This document shows positions 35,015 to 47,521 of a DNA stretch of 64,000 nt, in pieces. The DNA comes from Atractiella rhizophila (lineage: Eukaryota), in assembly GCA_021432655.1 (NCBI GenBank), contig MU271310.1, forward strand, positions 1 to 64,000. The letters run 5' to 3'. The notes under the pieces were generated by a model. The model had not been told where the DNA came from. It was given only the letters and a program-made list of their open reading frames with translations, and searched no databases. Position 1 is the first letter of the stretch; each line of letters starts with the position of its first letter. The position numbers and the translations under genes were made by a program.

Positions 35015-36583
35015 ATGGCGCTGCAATCGCTCCCACCGGAGGTATTCGATCTAATTCTTGTGCAACTATGCGAGGACGACACACTGTCCATCAACTACCT
35101 GTCCGATTTACGCCTAACTTCTCACCTATTCGCTCTCCACCTTGCTCCTCAGATTTTTCGTCGCCCTATTCAGATCAATAGGACATGGTCGGATACTTTA
35201 AACGACCTGGAACCGGGTCTCAAACGATCTTACTTCATTGACTTCCCAGACAGAATCGCCTGGTTACGCTTCCTCAAGTTCGGTCAAAGCGAGAGCATGG
35301 AGAGCAGCCTTTATTTCGTCGAGCTGGTGGAAAAAGCGACCAACGTGAAGGCCCTGAGATTTTGCTGGGGTATATCAGAATATTACCCTGGGCCATTCGT
35401 TTTCCCTGCACATCTCGTGGAAGGGCTTTGTAGTCTGTCGATTTACATCGACCCGGAAACTTACGAAGCCTTGAATTCCGAGAAGAAGATTGAACCCTGT
35501 ATCGCTAACCTGTCCTCGCTCCTCCGCCTTGAACATTTTCTGTTCGACGACAGGGAGCTGTATGGCAAAAAGCGCATGCTTTCACGCTGCCTCAAGAAAG
35601 GACCACTTCAGTCCTCCCTTCATTCTCTCTCGGTGTACGGAATCAGCCCCAAACTCTTTAATGATTCCTTTGCCAATTCTTGGGACACGCTTACATCCTT
35701 GCAGATGGAGGAGTACGTGAATCGAGACCATCGATGGATCGACGAAACTCTCGCGCAATGTAGTCACCAACTTCGACATCTTGATCTTACCTTTGAAACT
35801 TTCAAATCTCTCCCATCGATGCCACGTCTACTTTCTGTCCTGCTCGTTTATGAAGGGGTCGAAGCTGAAATGCCTATTTTCGAGAAGTTCTTCCCATTGG
35901 TATTCCATTCTTCCGAGCTGAAATGCATGTTCCTTACGCGGTTCGGAACTGAAGCTGCGTGCGATAACCTCGATAGGAATGATGAGCGACTTGGGATTGA
36001 GGACATACGTCTGGAGGACTGTACAGGCGACATTCCATCCTTGCTTCGCTGCTTGTTGAAGAACGGAAGTGTCAAGTGCTTGGAATTCGAAGGGGATGAA
36101 ACCATCGAGCCGTGGAAGGCGATTATCGATTCGGTGCACGAGGGCTTGCAGGAGCTCATGTTTTGGTCAGTCGAGGAAGAGATGCCAGAGCTTCTGCCTG
36201 CCCTCGCGAAGTGTAGACATCTTTACGCTATTTCGGCTGACTTTGCGGGAGGCGTGGACGACCTCCTTTTCAGAGATACATCTCTCACAGTGAAGTACCT
36301 CTTCCTCAACTTCCCCGGCGCGGATGCAGTACAGGATTTTGTGAATACAGTGACAAGGGACAGATTCCCCGATCTTATTGGAGTATATGTTTCATATCCA
36401 GACGTCGAAACGATGTATTTCCCAGACCATCTCTTCTACAAGCTCACCTCGAGCGAAGAACGGAAGCTGGAGTGGAGAGAACGAATCGACCGGGCCGTGG
36501 GATCGTCCAAGATAGAACCGCGTTTTGGAGCGGAGGATGTTTCGGGTCTACGACGGGGATTGAGGTTGGAGTACTGTCAGTAG
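35015..36583 (+). CDS. Intronless F-box/LRR-like protein (522 aa)
   Basis: F-box-like LQSLPPEVFDLILVQL...LRLTSHLF, followed by degenerate LxxLxL repeats. Confidence 0.78.
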   Translation: MALQSLPPEVFDLILVQLCEDDTLSINYLSDLRLTSHLFALHLAPQIFRRPIQINRTWSDTLNDLEPGLKRSYFIDFPDRIAWLRFLKFGQSESMESSLYFVELVEKATNVKALRFCWGISEYYPGPFVFPAHLVEGLCSLSIYIDPETYEALNSEKKIEPCIANLSSLLRLEHFLFDDRELYGKKRMLSRCLKKGPLQSSLHSLSVYGISPKLFNDSFANSWDTLTSLQMEEYVNRDHRWIDETLAQCSHQLRHLDLTFETFKSLPSMPRLLSVLLVYEGVEAEMPIFEKFFPLVFHSSELKCMFLTRFGTEAACDNLDRNDERLGIEDIRLEDCTGDIPSLLRCLLKNGSVKCLEFEGDETIEPWKAIIDSVHEGLQELMFWSVEEEMPELLPALAKCRHLYAISADFAGGVDDLLFRDTSLTVKYLFLNFPGADAVQDFVNTVTRDRFPDLIGVYVSYPDVETMYFPDHLFYKLTSSEERKLEWRERIDRAVGSSKIEPRFGAEDVSGLRRGLRLEYCQ

Positions 36584-36699
36584 CTAGCCTCTCTTCCGCG
36601 CAATGGTCGCTGATCGGCGAACACAGAACTTTCTCCTGTGAATGAGCGCTGAAGTTGTAGAGGAGCATGGTTTATACATGAGCTTTATATCTGCCACAC

Positions 36700-38130
36700 T
36701 TGCGTCCGACGTACATGAAGATCTGAAGAGCTCAGGAAAACAAAAGATCCATCCTGATACACTGGCACACAGCCTTTAAGCCACAACTTCACGAAGTCGC
36801 TGAATGGTAGTATGCATTACTGATGAAAGTTCAGAACCCAGCAACAGTGTCTTCTGCCCCAAACTGGTTGAACCATCCGGCATGTCTTCTTCTCTCCCTT
36901 TGTAGGCTAGGATCATGGTGCGTACACGAGGCATGATAGGCAAAACTTGATGGCTTCAAACTTGAGATCCAAGTGATGGAGCCGCGGATTGCATTGGGTG
37001 CGATAGATCTATGGAGGCACTCACGCTCTGGTATCGAACCTTCGGCAAACTGCAGGCAGGTGAATGTATTCCACGAGGGTGCGAAAAAATCGTTCAAGAG
37101 CATCAAATTGATTCCGTAGATTGTGAGGGAACGGAAAGGAGACTGAAGTGGAACCCTTGCTGCCGACGGCGAAAAAGCGTAACTCAGTGCACCCATCCTC
37201 AGCATTGATTTTCAAACAGCAAATGTTTGAGGCAAAAAACGACGATAAATTGGTAATGAATGCTTGCTTATACTCCTAACGTCTAAGGTCATTATCATCA
37301 AAGTATAAAGAGGGACTGATAAGACCTCGTGCTAAAATGCTGGGAACACAAATGGTGCTGGAGAGTTGCCGGAGACACTTCTGATTCTTCGGTTTCTCGA
37401 CCCGGTTCAAGAAGTAATGAGCACTCTGAATAGGTCTGCTCTCATCAACTTCAGAAAGCGCAGCCATTCGAATCTCTCAGATAATCAACAAAGTATGACG
37501 CTTCGAGCCCATAGTCGTATGTTTTGTTGAGATGACCCATGTCGTATTTACCTCCGCTGGGTAGAGTGCGAAGAGGCGACAAACTCGCCGTAACTGGTCT
37601 ACGTATGACGGGGCGAGGCTCTGATCTAAGCAGGTGCAGAAGAGCACCAATCGACACTTCGGGCAGAGGACATAGAAGCCCATGTACTTTCGTCCGCAAA
37701 CTGGAGCACAGTACCAGGATACTTAGGCCTATCCCAGGATCAGCTTCGCGAGACTGGCACAAGAACTGGATTCTACTGAATCAAATGCACTGCTTGCACC
37801 ACAGTAGTACCAGTCAGTTTCAAAGGCCAGCAGCTCAGCGCATAAAGAAACACGCTCACGGGATATTCGGAACCTCTGGGTGCAATGACTTGAATGGGAA
37901 GAACGTCAACTGAAAAAAAACACGGAAGAACTTGAAGGGAAAGTTCGCTAAGTTCACTATGCTCAAGAGCTCACGAGTACGTATCAGAGTTGCAGTCAAA
38001 CCTCGGGTCAAATCATCTGCATATGCTTGCTCCTGCTGGCTTCCTGCTTCAGGACGTCGTTCAAAGAGTTTGTGCGCTGTGGTCAGGCTGATTATACGTT
38101 TGAAGGCTCACATTAGAGGTTTCCTGACAT
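36700..38130 (-). CDS. Possible multi-exon orphan gene or relic between the F-box genes
   Basis: Open segments flanked by GTGAGC donors and a polypyrimidine-CAG acceptor (~37913); no family recognised, boundaries approximate. Confidence 0.3.
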
Positions 38131-38486
38131 TACTTTGGTAAAAGCAGATGTAACTTGGACCCGATGCCCAAGTTGTTCTCTGACGTGATGGCGGACAAGG
38201 TACCGCAGATTGCATTCTATGCGCAACTGTGCTAGGGAGAATTAGCACATCAGGATCCTTGAAATCAGAATCGGTGATATGATAGTCAAACTATGTCAAT
38301 TTATGTGCTTCCGGGAGGGAGTCATTGCAGTCATTTGCCGCTTTAAAAGCAGCTGGGCGAGATGCATCTGCCTTCCAAAGTCAATGTTTGATTCTCTTCA
38401 AGTTGTTGCCTAAAGTCGAGCATTGTTGTTTCTCAAAACAAGTGCGAAAGTTCAGGTTTTGATGAGCCAGCTGATCAGCTAACGTA

Positions 38487-39638
38487 ATGCTTGATAGGAT
38501 GGCCACCGTCACAAGGGTCTTCCCTAACGAGATATTCAAAAGTATTCTAAGACATTTGTCGCAGAACGACCCTTCTTCCCTTCTCCGTACTAGTCTTGTC
38601 TGTCGAGATTTCCTAGACATCAGCAGGAGGGAATATTTCCATTACTTCGTTACTTTTCGCCAATTTGCCAAAAACGACGAGGCCAGTTTGAATCACTTGC
38701 GAGTCTTGCTCGAGTCGCCGTTCCAGACATTGCACAGATACCTCAAGTGCCTCAACGTCACTCAATGGTCCAGTTCCAGTCCTGGAGAAGGTTATGACAT
38801 TTTCGGCCTTGCGAGCGTTCTTGATTTGACAAGTTTGAAGATCAGAGACACTTACGTGAACTGCGATGAAAGCTTGCAGGGCGGATTTCCTAACCTCACT
38901 TCCTTTCATGCGGAGGGAATCAGGTGGAGGTTCGACGATTTGGCCGAGTTTGCACAACATCATCCTCTCATCAAAGACCTCTCTTTCGTCCGATGCAGCT
39001 TCTATCGTCCCAGGGAAAAGATGCGGGAGAAAGTTCTTGCAAATCTACGGCGTTTTGGAAGTCATCTGGAATACCTCGAGATCTCCCAGACCGCAGCCAG
39101 TGTCATTTTCGACGGCTTGCTGCCTCACTCTCAGATCGACAGTCTCAAATCTCTCAAACTCACCGATCCTTTCGACGGTGGTATGGCTAAAGAGGAGGAT
39201 GACCAACTCGCTCTTCAGACCTTCTTCAAACGACAAGGCGCTACGTTACTCTCGCTTGAGGCTCGCCAGACTTGGTCTCGCAGCTACGAAGCAGAAGGCT
39301 GGTTCACACATCTGCGTGATTGTCTGCCAAGAACATCGTTGGAAGAGGCTATTTTCGGGTACGCAAGGGGTAGAGGCTATGCAAGCGGCAAACGGAGCGA
39401 GCATGATTTTTTCAACGAAGACTTCTTTGGGGATTGGGACTGTCCCACACTCAAACAATTCACGTTGAAGCATTTCGAATGGACACAGAAGGTGCTAGAT
39501 TCCATGAAGAAGAATATCACCAGAAAGAAGTTCCCGATTTTAAAGCACATTACCTTTGAACATGATGGAAACTGGAATTTGGATGGGGATGCAGTTCTGG
39601 GACATTTTGCGGACATAGGGATGGTGGTCATGATATAG
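38487..39638 (+). CDS. Intronless F-box/LRR-like protein (383 aa)
   Basis: F-box VFPNEIFKSILRHL...LLRTSLVCRDF followed by degenerate LRRs (FPNLTSF, LEYLEI, LKSLKL). Confidence 0.8.
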   Translation: MLDRMATVTRVFPNEIFKSILRHLSQNDPSSLLRTSLVCRDFLDISRREYFHYFVTFRQFAKNDEASLNHLRVLLESPFQTLHRYLKCLNVTQWSSSSPGEGYDIFGLASVLDLTSLKIRDTYVNCDESLQGGFPNLTSFHAEGIRWRFDDLAEFAQHHPLIKDLSFVRCSFYRPREKMREKVLANLRRFGSHLEYLEISQTAASVIFDGLLPHSQIDSLKSLKLTDPFDGGMAKEEDDQLALQTFFKRQGATLLSLEARQTWSRSYEAEGWFTHLRDCLPRTSLEEAIFGYARGRGYASGKRSEHDFFNEDFFGDWDCPTLKQFTLKHFEWTQKVLDSMKKNITRKKFPILKHITFEHDGNWNLDGDAVLGHFADIGMVVMI

Positions 39639-40266
39639 TCTAACGACCAATCTTGGACTGAAACGTATCTTATATAAACGAATCAATCACATTTCAGTCG
39701 AATCAGTTTGCAGAAAACTTTGGCCCTTCCCTCTGTCGCTGTCGATATCCGTGAGCCCGTAAGCCGCTGTGTCAACGCAAACTGAGATTTTTAGATAGTC
39801 ATTACAGGTGCCTGTACGGTATTTATCGCGGCCATACAGCAGGTCGTTCAGGCGTGTTGGAATTTGCTTGCAGGAGCGTCCATTCAGAAACCTGCCAGTG
39901 GTTACAGCGAAGTTCTAAACGTCACATGAATAACAGCAAAGAACATGTCGAACCTACAGCATCCGACCGAGTAAAAGAAATCTCTTTACAAAGGCTCACC
40001 AAAGTGTTCTGGTTGATTAACAGCTCTAGAATGCCTTTATGAACGCTGGACTCAGCAATCTGAAAACAGATTTCAAGATCAAAAGAGATAGGAAGGAGGA
40101 GTTCCCCCAAAGTCCCTAATGTTGTACAGGATTCAAATCATTTCCAGTATTTGTATGTCTTCACCCCTCTCTGTACCTCTGTTCTGCCGAACTAGTCTCT
40201 CCGTTATGAAACTTATATCAGTCCTAGCTATCAAGCTTTCCCTCCCTGAATAGCAGTCGAGCGATC

Positions 40267-41617
40267 ATGCTTCCCCTTCTCCTACCTGCCGCTTTCCTTC
40301 CTCCCTCCCAAGCACAAGTAGAAAGTAGATTCGTCGTCAATACTCAACAATGGGGGCTTTGATGAGAATGGCTCCCTTCTCGATCCCTGGAGTTGTACTT
40401 GGGTTGGTAACAATCAAGCGAACTCAACCTGCTGTGGCGTGGACCTCGCTGGACCACAGACCTTTGCGCAGGACGGTACACTTTCTCTCTTCCACTGTGC
40501 AGGAGGCTAATTTGAGTCTATTCGTGGTGGCTGGAAAGGCCAAGGAAACACATTCGTTTTTCAAGACTGTAAAATCTCTCAACCCGTCACTCCTCTTCAC
40601 AAAGGAGCTACGTATCTATTGCAATGTAGGTGTCATCCCCGTCATACGTCAAGCTAAAGAAAATTGAACAGATTATGCATATTGTATTGACTGCGAAAGT
40701 ACGACAGCTGAAATAGACATCGTCTTTGGAACTATGGAGCTACGTGACAATGCCCAAGAGGGAAGTGTAAATGCGGGTTCGTCTATGACTATCATCCTCC
40801 TCTCAGCCCTCATTAACTGTGGATGATCGCAGGCCCATATTTCAAGTTCACCCACTCTGTGAACGCAACGGGTGATCCTCAGACCCTCTCCTTCAGCTTT
40901 CCCTCTGTTGGCGCATTACGCGTAGACAGCGTGTCGCTTACGCTTCTGAGGGAGAATGGAAGCGGTGGTGGAGGAGGAGGAAGCAACGTTGGCTCAATAG
41001 CTGGAGGTTGACTTCTCCCTTATCGCGGGGCCGAGAACTGATTCCTTTGATGGGCAGGTGTGATTGGAACGCTGGCTGGGGTAGCACTCTTGGCTATTGC
41101 TGGTTGGTTATGGCGTCGACGCATGACATCTCAAAGTAAAACAGGTACCGGTGTGGAAAAGCGTACGCCGTTACCTTTACCTTTTTCTTTCTTGCCCGTT
41201 CCAGGTTTCCCTCGAATGCTTAGTGCTGATAAGAGAATTTATAGTAAATGTCTTGTCTCCTCCTCCTACTACTATCAATACCGTCACTTTTTCCACCTCT
41301 GCAACCCCAAGCAACGACTGGAACCATGGTTCTTCTGAAGGTGGAATGTATCCTAACAAGAGGCATACTGGTTATGCACAGAGTTCTGGCTTGTCGCTCG
41401 GTGGAGACATGGCGTGGACTACGCCTGGAGTAAGTCGACCGTAATATGTGGGTCCTTCGCCTCGATTACCTTTCCGTCAAACCTGAATATCATCTGGCGA
41501 CAGCTCCCAGAAGTGCAGGAGGCCTCGAGGAACTTGAACCAGCCGGACGTGTATCCCATGTATTCACGGGAGAAGCAGGATAGGTTTTCGCATCGAAGAA
41601 CTGAAGAGGTGCGCTAA
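40267..41617 (+). CDS. Type I single-pass membrane protein (signal peptide, Cys-containing ectodomain, TM helix, cytoplasmic tail)
   Basis: MLPLLLPAAFLPPSQAQ signal-like start; GGGGGGSNVGSIAG|GVIGTLAGVALLAIAGWLWRRR TM plus stop-transfer; several introns. Confidence 0.7.
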
Positions 41618-42916
41618 AGATGTATTATCATGGCGCTATATGCTCCTGCTTTCATGGACTCGAAAAGAGCCTGCCATTAAGTTCAGCCTGTCTGTAATTA
41701 CATTGTGCACTCTTTGGTATGCATGACCTATTGACCTTTCAAACGACTACGCTCTCGCACCTCTCCCCAACTCCTCAAGAGTGCGATGACGCGGTGACAC
41801 TAAAATGTCGACCACAAGGAGGATGTGATTGCTGACGCATCACTGAAATTTGAAATGCAGCAACCTGAACATGTTCTTCCTTCCCTCTCCGGAGCTCCAG
41901 CAAGAAAGAAACAAGAAACGGATTCAAACGCACTCTGGAACGTGGAAGATGGACAACTTAAACGAAACATTATGGGCTCTCATTCTCAATTCTCCACCAA
42001 CGAACACTGTTAATGTGGTTCGTGTTGCTTCATCTCGCCACCTTGTTGTAAAGATCAGAGAGGGCTTGATGGTCTGTGCCTTGGAAGCTCCGTGACAATC
42101 TATACTATACCCACGCACAGCGGACACGTTGATTGGTCTCGCACTTTCCATTGCTTTAATTCAGCAGCTTCAGCAGCATTGTTTGGCAACACCCGTAACA
42201 TTGGCACGGCAATCTGGTCTATGCTGTTCTTGATGATAGAGATTTCTGAGTTATTTTCATGACGATTCATTGAAGGTGCGCAGAGTATTGATTAATGTGA
42301 TACACGACTATTTGGTATGCTGCTACGGACGGGATTCTTCGCCTCGTACTTTCACTTCCATTCTGATGTGCCGAGGATGTGCTAGTGTCTGCAGGTCTGC
42401 ACGTATTCAGTCTCTCAAATTCTCAAATGACTGTCCTCGCAATCAAATGGAACCAAATATCTAAGTAGCTAAGCTTGCCCTTTGGCTGAGTTACAGGAGC
42501 GCTCTGTTCCTCTTTCCCCGTCCTCGCTCTTTTGTATTCGGCGCTTGAGGAAGAGCTTTGCCACATCCAATGAAGTAGGTACAATACATCTGAAGGCGCC
42601 AGGTTGCCTCATACGAAATGGCACATGCGCAATCGCGAGCTTTCGCGTTCAATTCCCTGCCTGAGCGTGACATAGCATCCTTGCACCAGGTGTAACTTCC
42701 TTCTTCCAAGCTTTTCTTGCGATCGAATTGAACAGTCCCAAGCTTTCCTCTCGACAAAATTCACAATGATTCCACAATTTGACCAACTTGTGCCCTGAAT
42801 GACGCCATAGACGTGCGATATTGCCAACCAAGCACTTCTCTCGCGTCAACGAGAAAAATTCTTCTTTCCGGCTTACCGAGCACGTAGTATATGTATTCGA
42901 CCACTTTCTTCGCTGG

Positions 42917-45120
42917 ATGATGGAAGACCCAGGAGAACTTCACGCCGGAACGTCCCAGGATACCATGAGCTCGAACCGCAAGTCTGTGGAAAGCACGCAT
43001 TCCGGCGTCGAGGATAAGTTCGATCCAACAGTTGTGAAGGTTGGACCAGCTGATCATGCTGTCAATCGCGACGAAGTGTTGAATAGTAAGCTTTATATCC
43101 TTCTATAGCCACATATGTTAACCCTTCAGTGAAGGTGAACACGCAGGGGAGCAATACGACAATGTCCCGATTGAGAAGAGAACCATTGGCTTGACAAGTG
43201 CGGTCTTTCTCATTTTCAACAGGATCATTGGCACTGGGTACGTTTATATCACACTTCATTTTACTACTCCTGAGAATGTCTTATAAGAATCTTCGCTACT
43301 CCGAGCTCTATCCTCGCTTCCTCTGGAGTATGCTGCTTCCTTCGCGTCAGTACACCTCTGACCGGTACTTGATAGAGCGTTGGACTTGCTCTTTTTATGT
43401 GGGTGATTGGGGCCATAATTGCAGCTACCGGTGTCGCTGTATACCTAGAATTCGGAACGGTGCATATTTCTTCGCTCTATCCCGGTACAAACCAAAAACT
43501 TATGCTGGGCAAAGGGACTACCACGTAACGGTGGAGAGAAAGTGTATCTCGAAGCCATCTATCGCAGTCCGAAGTTCCTTGTCACCTGCACATATGCCTC
43601 GTACGCCGTCCTCCTCGGTTGGGCCGCTGGCAATTCTGTCGTATTTGGCGAATATATCTTGCACGCGGCGGACGTGGAGATTACACAGTGGAATCAAAGG
43701 GGTGTAGGACTCGCTTGCATCTCTTTCGCCCTCATAGTGCATAGCACAAGGCTGGAATGGGGACTGAGGATCCAAAATTTGCTCGGAACCTTCAAAATAG
43801 TCATTCTCCTTCTCATTGCCTTCGCTGGATTTGCTGCTCTTGCGGGACATGTGAAGGTGGACCCGAAGCCTAGAAATTTCCACAATGCTTTCGATGGGAC
43901 GAAGAGCAATGCGAACGCCTTCGTTACTGGACTCTACTCCGTAATTTGGTACAGTCGTTTTCGTTTTCATTGAACTCAAAACCTCACTACGAATAGGTCA
44001 TTCATCGGGTATTCCAATGTCAATTATGCCCTCTCTGAGGTGAAAAACCCGGTGCGGACCCTTAAGATTGCCGCTCCACTTGCAATCATTTCTGTAACCA
44101 TCCTTTACATCCTCGTGCGTCGTTCTCAATACCTTCGTTCAATACTAATACAGACGTATAGGTGAATATCGCATATTTTGCTGCAGTACCGAAGGATGAT
44201 ATTCTGAACGGTGGCAGGATTGTTGCGTTCGTACAGCTCGCTTGTCCTCGCTTCCGCGCTAAGGAACTGAGCTTAGTGCGCTTTTCTTTCGGAATGTATT
44301 TGGGAGAAGTGCAGAAAAAGCGCTGAGTGTTTTTGTCGCGTGAGTAACCATTGTCCCAGATTGCAACAGCTGAAACAGTAATCCAGTTTGAGCGCACTTG
44401 GGAACATCATGTCTGTGCTATTCTCTCAAGGTCGAAGTACGTTGCGTTCATCTCTCCTGCTTCATAAGCCCTTATATGGAATCTGCAGTTGTCCAGGAAT
44501 TGGGCCGTGAAGGTGTCCTCCCCTTCTCGCGTTTCTTCGCTTCCAACAAACCTTTCAACGCCCCTGCCGCCGGCCTACTCACACATTACCTTGTGTCAGT
44601 TGTCATCATGCTGGCGCCACCTCCAGGAGATGCATTCAATTTCTGCCTCAACCGTCCGTTGCTTCGCTCCTAAATCTATCGACAACTAATTTTTTTTTCA
44701 GTGGTTTCATACCCTCTTGCGATTATTAACGCAGCCATCTCTGGCGGCCTTATCTACTTTTACTTCTACAAAAGACATGAATGGTCCCCACCCTTTCGAG
44801 CAACGATACCAGTTGTCATCTTTTTCTTCCTCTCCAATCTCTTCCTCAGTGTGGCTCCTTTGGTACCTCCCGAAGACGGCTCTAAGGTTTACAATGACCT
44901 TCCTTACTGGGTGCGTACCTTCTTAGCCTCAAGGGCTGCACACTGAATGTGATCTTAGCTGCACGTCGTGGTTTCCATCGGCGTTTTCGCTATCGGAACT
45001 GCCTACTGGGTTGTCTGGGCGAGGATTATGCCTGCATTAGGAAACTACAAGAGAGAGAGAAGATGGGTGCTCCAAAGCGATGGTGTTTCTAGAAGCGTCT
45101 TCACCAAAGTCCCAGCATGA
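42917..45120 (+). CDS. MUP1: High-affinity methionine permease (LAT/APC family; many introns)
   Basis: RIIGTG|IFATPSSI, VYLEFGT|GLPRNGGEKVYLE, IWSFIGYSNVNYALSEVKNPVRTL, QELGREGVLPFS, LAPPPGDAFNF. Confidence 0.88.
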
Positions 45121-46740
45121 TTCTAGATAATTATACGACATATCGAGCTGACACTCCCACCATAGAATGAACATATCGAAATTCCAGTTTAATCACCGGA
45201 GATAAAGAGCACTCAGAGCAACGGTCACATTGCTTCGTCCATTTACTTCTTCGCCATACCTACCCCAGTCCCTTTCAATATACATCGCCCATAGTCTATA
45301 ATCTAGAAAAGTCGACTGAAGCGATATAGCAACTCCTAAACCGAAGCTGATGTCTAATACGAATACGAAGGAGGAACGTGTCGATGCAGAACCTCCAGGA
45401 TTTACTCGCCTCCATGACCAAAATCCAAAATAAATTACAGCTGGTTTTTGACAGGTGCATTGGCTCGAAGTGCCGGAGCCTGCCTTACTTTCTTCTTCAT
45501 ATGTAATAGAAACATATGCGATCATTTGCTCAGGCCCAAACGTGACTGGCTCTGGCGGAATAAGGGCAGCACTGAACAGCACGAGCCATATGTAAATACC
45601 GCTGGGAAAGACATTCCACAGCTTGGAGCCTTGCTACAAGAACTCTTGTTCCGAAGGCTTCTTTACCAGATCAAGATTCCGTCTCCTTTATTTCCAATCC
45701 GAGTTTGTACAATTGCACGTTTTGTCATGCTAGAATATGCAGGCCACTGGCCTTGAGCTCTTGGCATCTCAGCACCTTTTGTCCAAGATGTAATGGATAT
45801 GAAGTAATATTTCTAAAACAATGCTCCATCCGGTGCATCTCGATTAAAGGTAAATCCCAACATAGAGAACTATATGGCTCCCATTTTTACCAACAAAGAG
45901 GAAAAGAGCTCACTCTTCTTCTCTCTTGATGCATGCTAAATCACAAGGTTGCCTGAAACCTCCCCTCCTCTCTTATCTCAACCTGAGATTCTACTCCAAC
46001 TACAGCACGAATCCAACCTATTGGCAATCCAAAATGATCGCTTCGATGATTTCTGGTGCATTCATTTTTCAGCTTGAAAATGCGGAGCTTGATGGATTGA
46101 TCCGTGATCAGAGCGCAGGGAAAGATAACGATGAAGCACCTTCTTCTTTTCTTTCATTATTTCATCCTTTCTTCATATTTCGCCATCCCCCCATTCGCCA
46201 CGAGTTTGTTTATGAGCGAGCTGACGCTCTTCCTAAATCCACAGTCCAATTCAGCCTGATGCCGCAATATGCATCCGTCTTTATTTATGTTTCTTCGGCA
46301 GTGCCGTCAATGGATTCCTCAGATTCTGGCTATCTGCGGTCCAGATAAACCCAGAGACAGAGGGAAAGCTTGGGAAAGGCGAGGGAAATAATTTGGGGGC
46401 TGACGTCTGGAGAACAATATTTCGATCATGGGAAATTCGATCCCGCTCGCCCAAATCTGTTTCACCACCATACCTCCTACGCATCTTCTTTGTCCACTTC
46501 CAGCTACTCTCAAGAGCTTTGTTCTAGTCTCACAAAGCATATATCCAAATTTGACGCGCTTTGGATCAGTGGAAGCGGAGATGTTGATTTTTTTGGGATC
46601 GCGACAAAGCGAACAACATGTTCTATGGAACATTAAGCGAGACATCATATAGAGCTTAGTACGTCCAATATTCTCACGAACGCCTGAGAAGCACAACCTT
46701 AAAGCGATAAACAACTTTACGCTCTGATACCGCCTAGAGG

Positions 46741-46748
46741 TATAAAAG
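46741..46748 (+). promoter_or_regulatory. TATA box (TATAAAAG) followed by a CT-rich tract
   Basis: Located 139 bp upstream of the ATG at 46880. Confidence 0.6.
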
Positions 46749-46879
46749 AGCGACTCCCCTCTCCCTTTCGTTCTCTGACAAACCACCACATCTTCTTGGT
46801 TATCCTCTTCTTGGATTCAGACTTGCACTTGCCATCAGCTTCAGCTATCTTCATTTAAATCTAACAATTCGTCATCGTC

Positions 46880-47521
46880 ATGGCCCAATATCGTAACTCT
46901 TTCTGGAATGGCCAAAAGTACGCCACCATTTTTTCTCTCATTTTTGTGGACAAATGCTGATATTAATGATTGGCGGACAGTGATCTCTCCGCTTACTACG
47001 GTTCTATGTACAGGGTGAAATCTTCAGTTGATTTGGTATCCCTAGAGCACAACTGGGGCTCGTACGTTTCCCCCTCTTTTCTTGTACTCTTTACTCATGT
47101 TCTCTCTGTGATGGCCAGTGCCTACGACGGGATCAAGAGGGTTCAAGCCAGCCATGATCTCAAATCCCTCGGTTTTCAAGTTACGACGCAAACGAGCCTC
47201 TCTCGTTCCTCTTCGTCTTCGACTGGTTGGGGAGACACGACCGACGACGAATCCTCGGGGTCTGACGACTCCGACTCCGATTGGGAGAGCGACGATGGGG
47301 ACGACGAGTTTGCCAGACGTTTCACCTCTTCCTCTATCGGCAGCGCTCCAAGCTCAATCGCCAACACGACCGGTGGTAACGGTAACGTCATTGTCTCTAC
47401 CTCCACTGTCGCCGATGGAACGGAAACTGCTCCTGTCTTGAAGAACGACAAGCACTTGGTCTTGGAGGATTCTGATTGGGAGGAGGAACTCGCCGTTGAG
47501 ATCTCCAAGCAGGAGAAGTGA
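46880..47521 (+). CDS. Small acidic Ser-rich hypothetical protein (two coding introns, one 3'-UTR intron)
   Basis: MAQYRNSFWNGQ|..DLSAYYGSMYRVKSSVDLVSL...; canonical splice sites; upstream TATA box. Confidence 0.65.

Noticed and set aside
11685..39638. Apparent clustering of ubiquitin-system genes (pseudo-USP, HECT, FAM72, two F-box genes)
   Set aside because: They are interspersed with unrelated housekeeping genes and belong to large families; there is no evidence of a functional cluster without synteny data.
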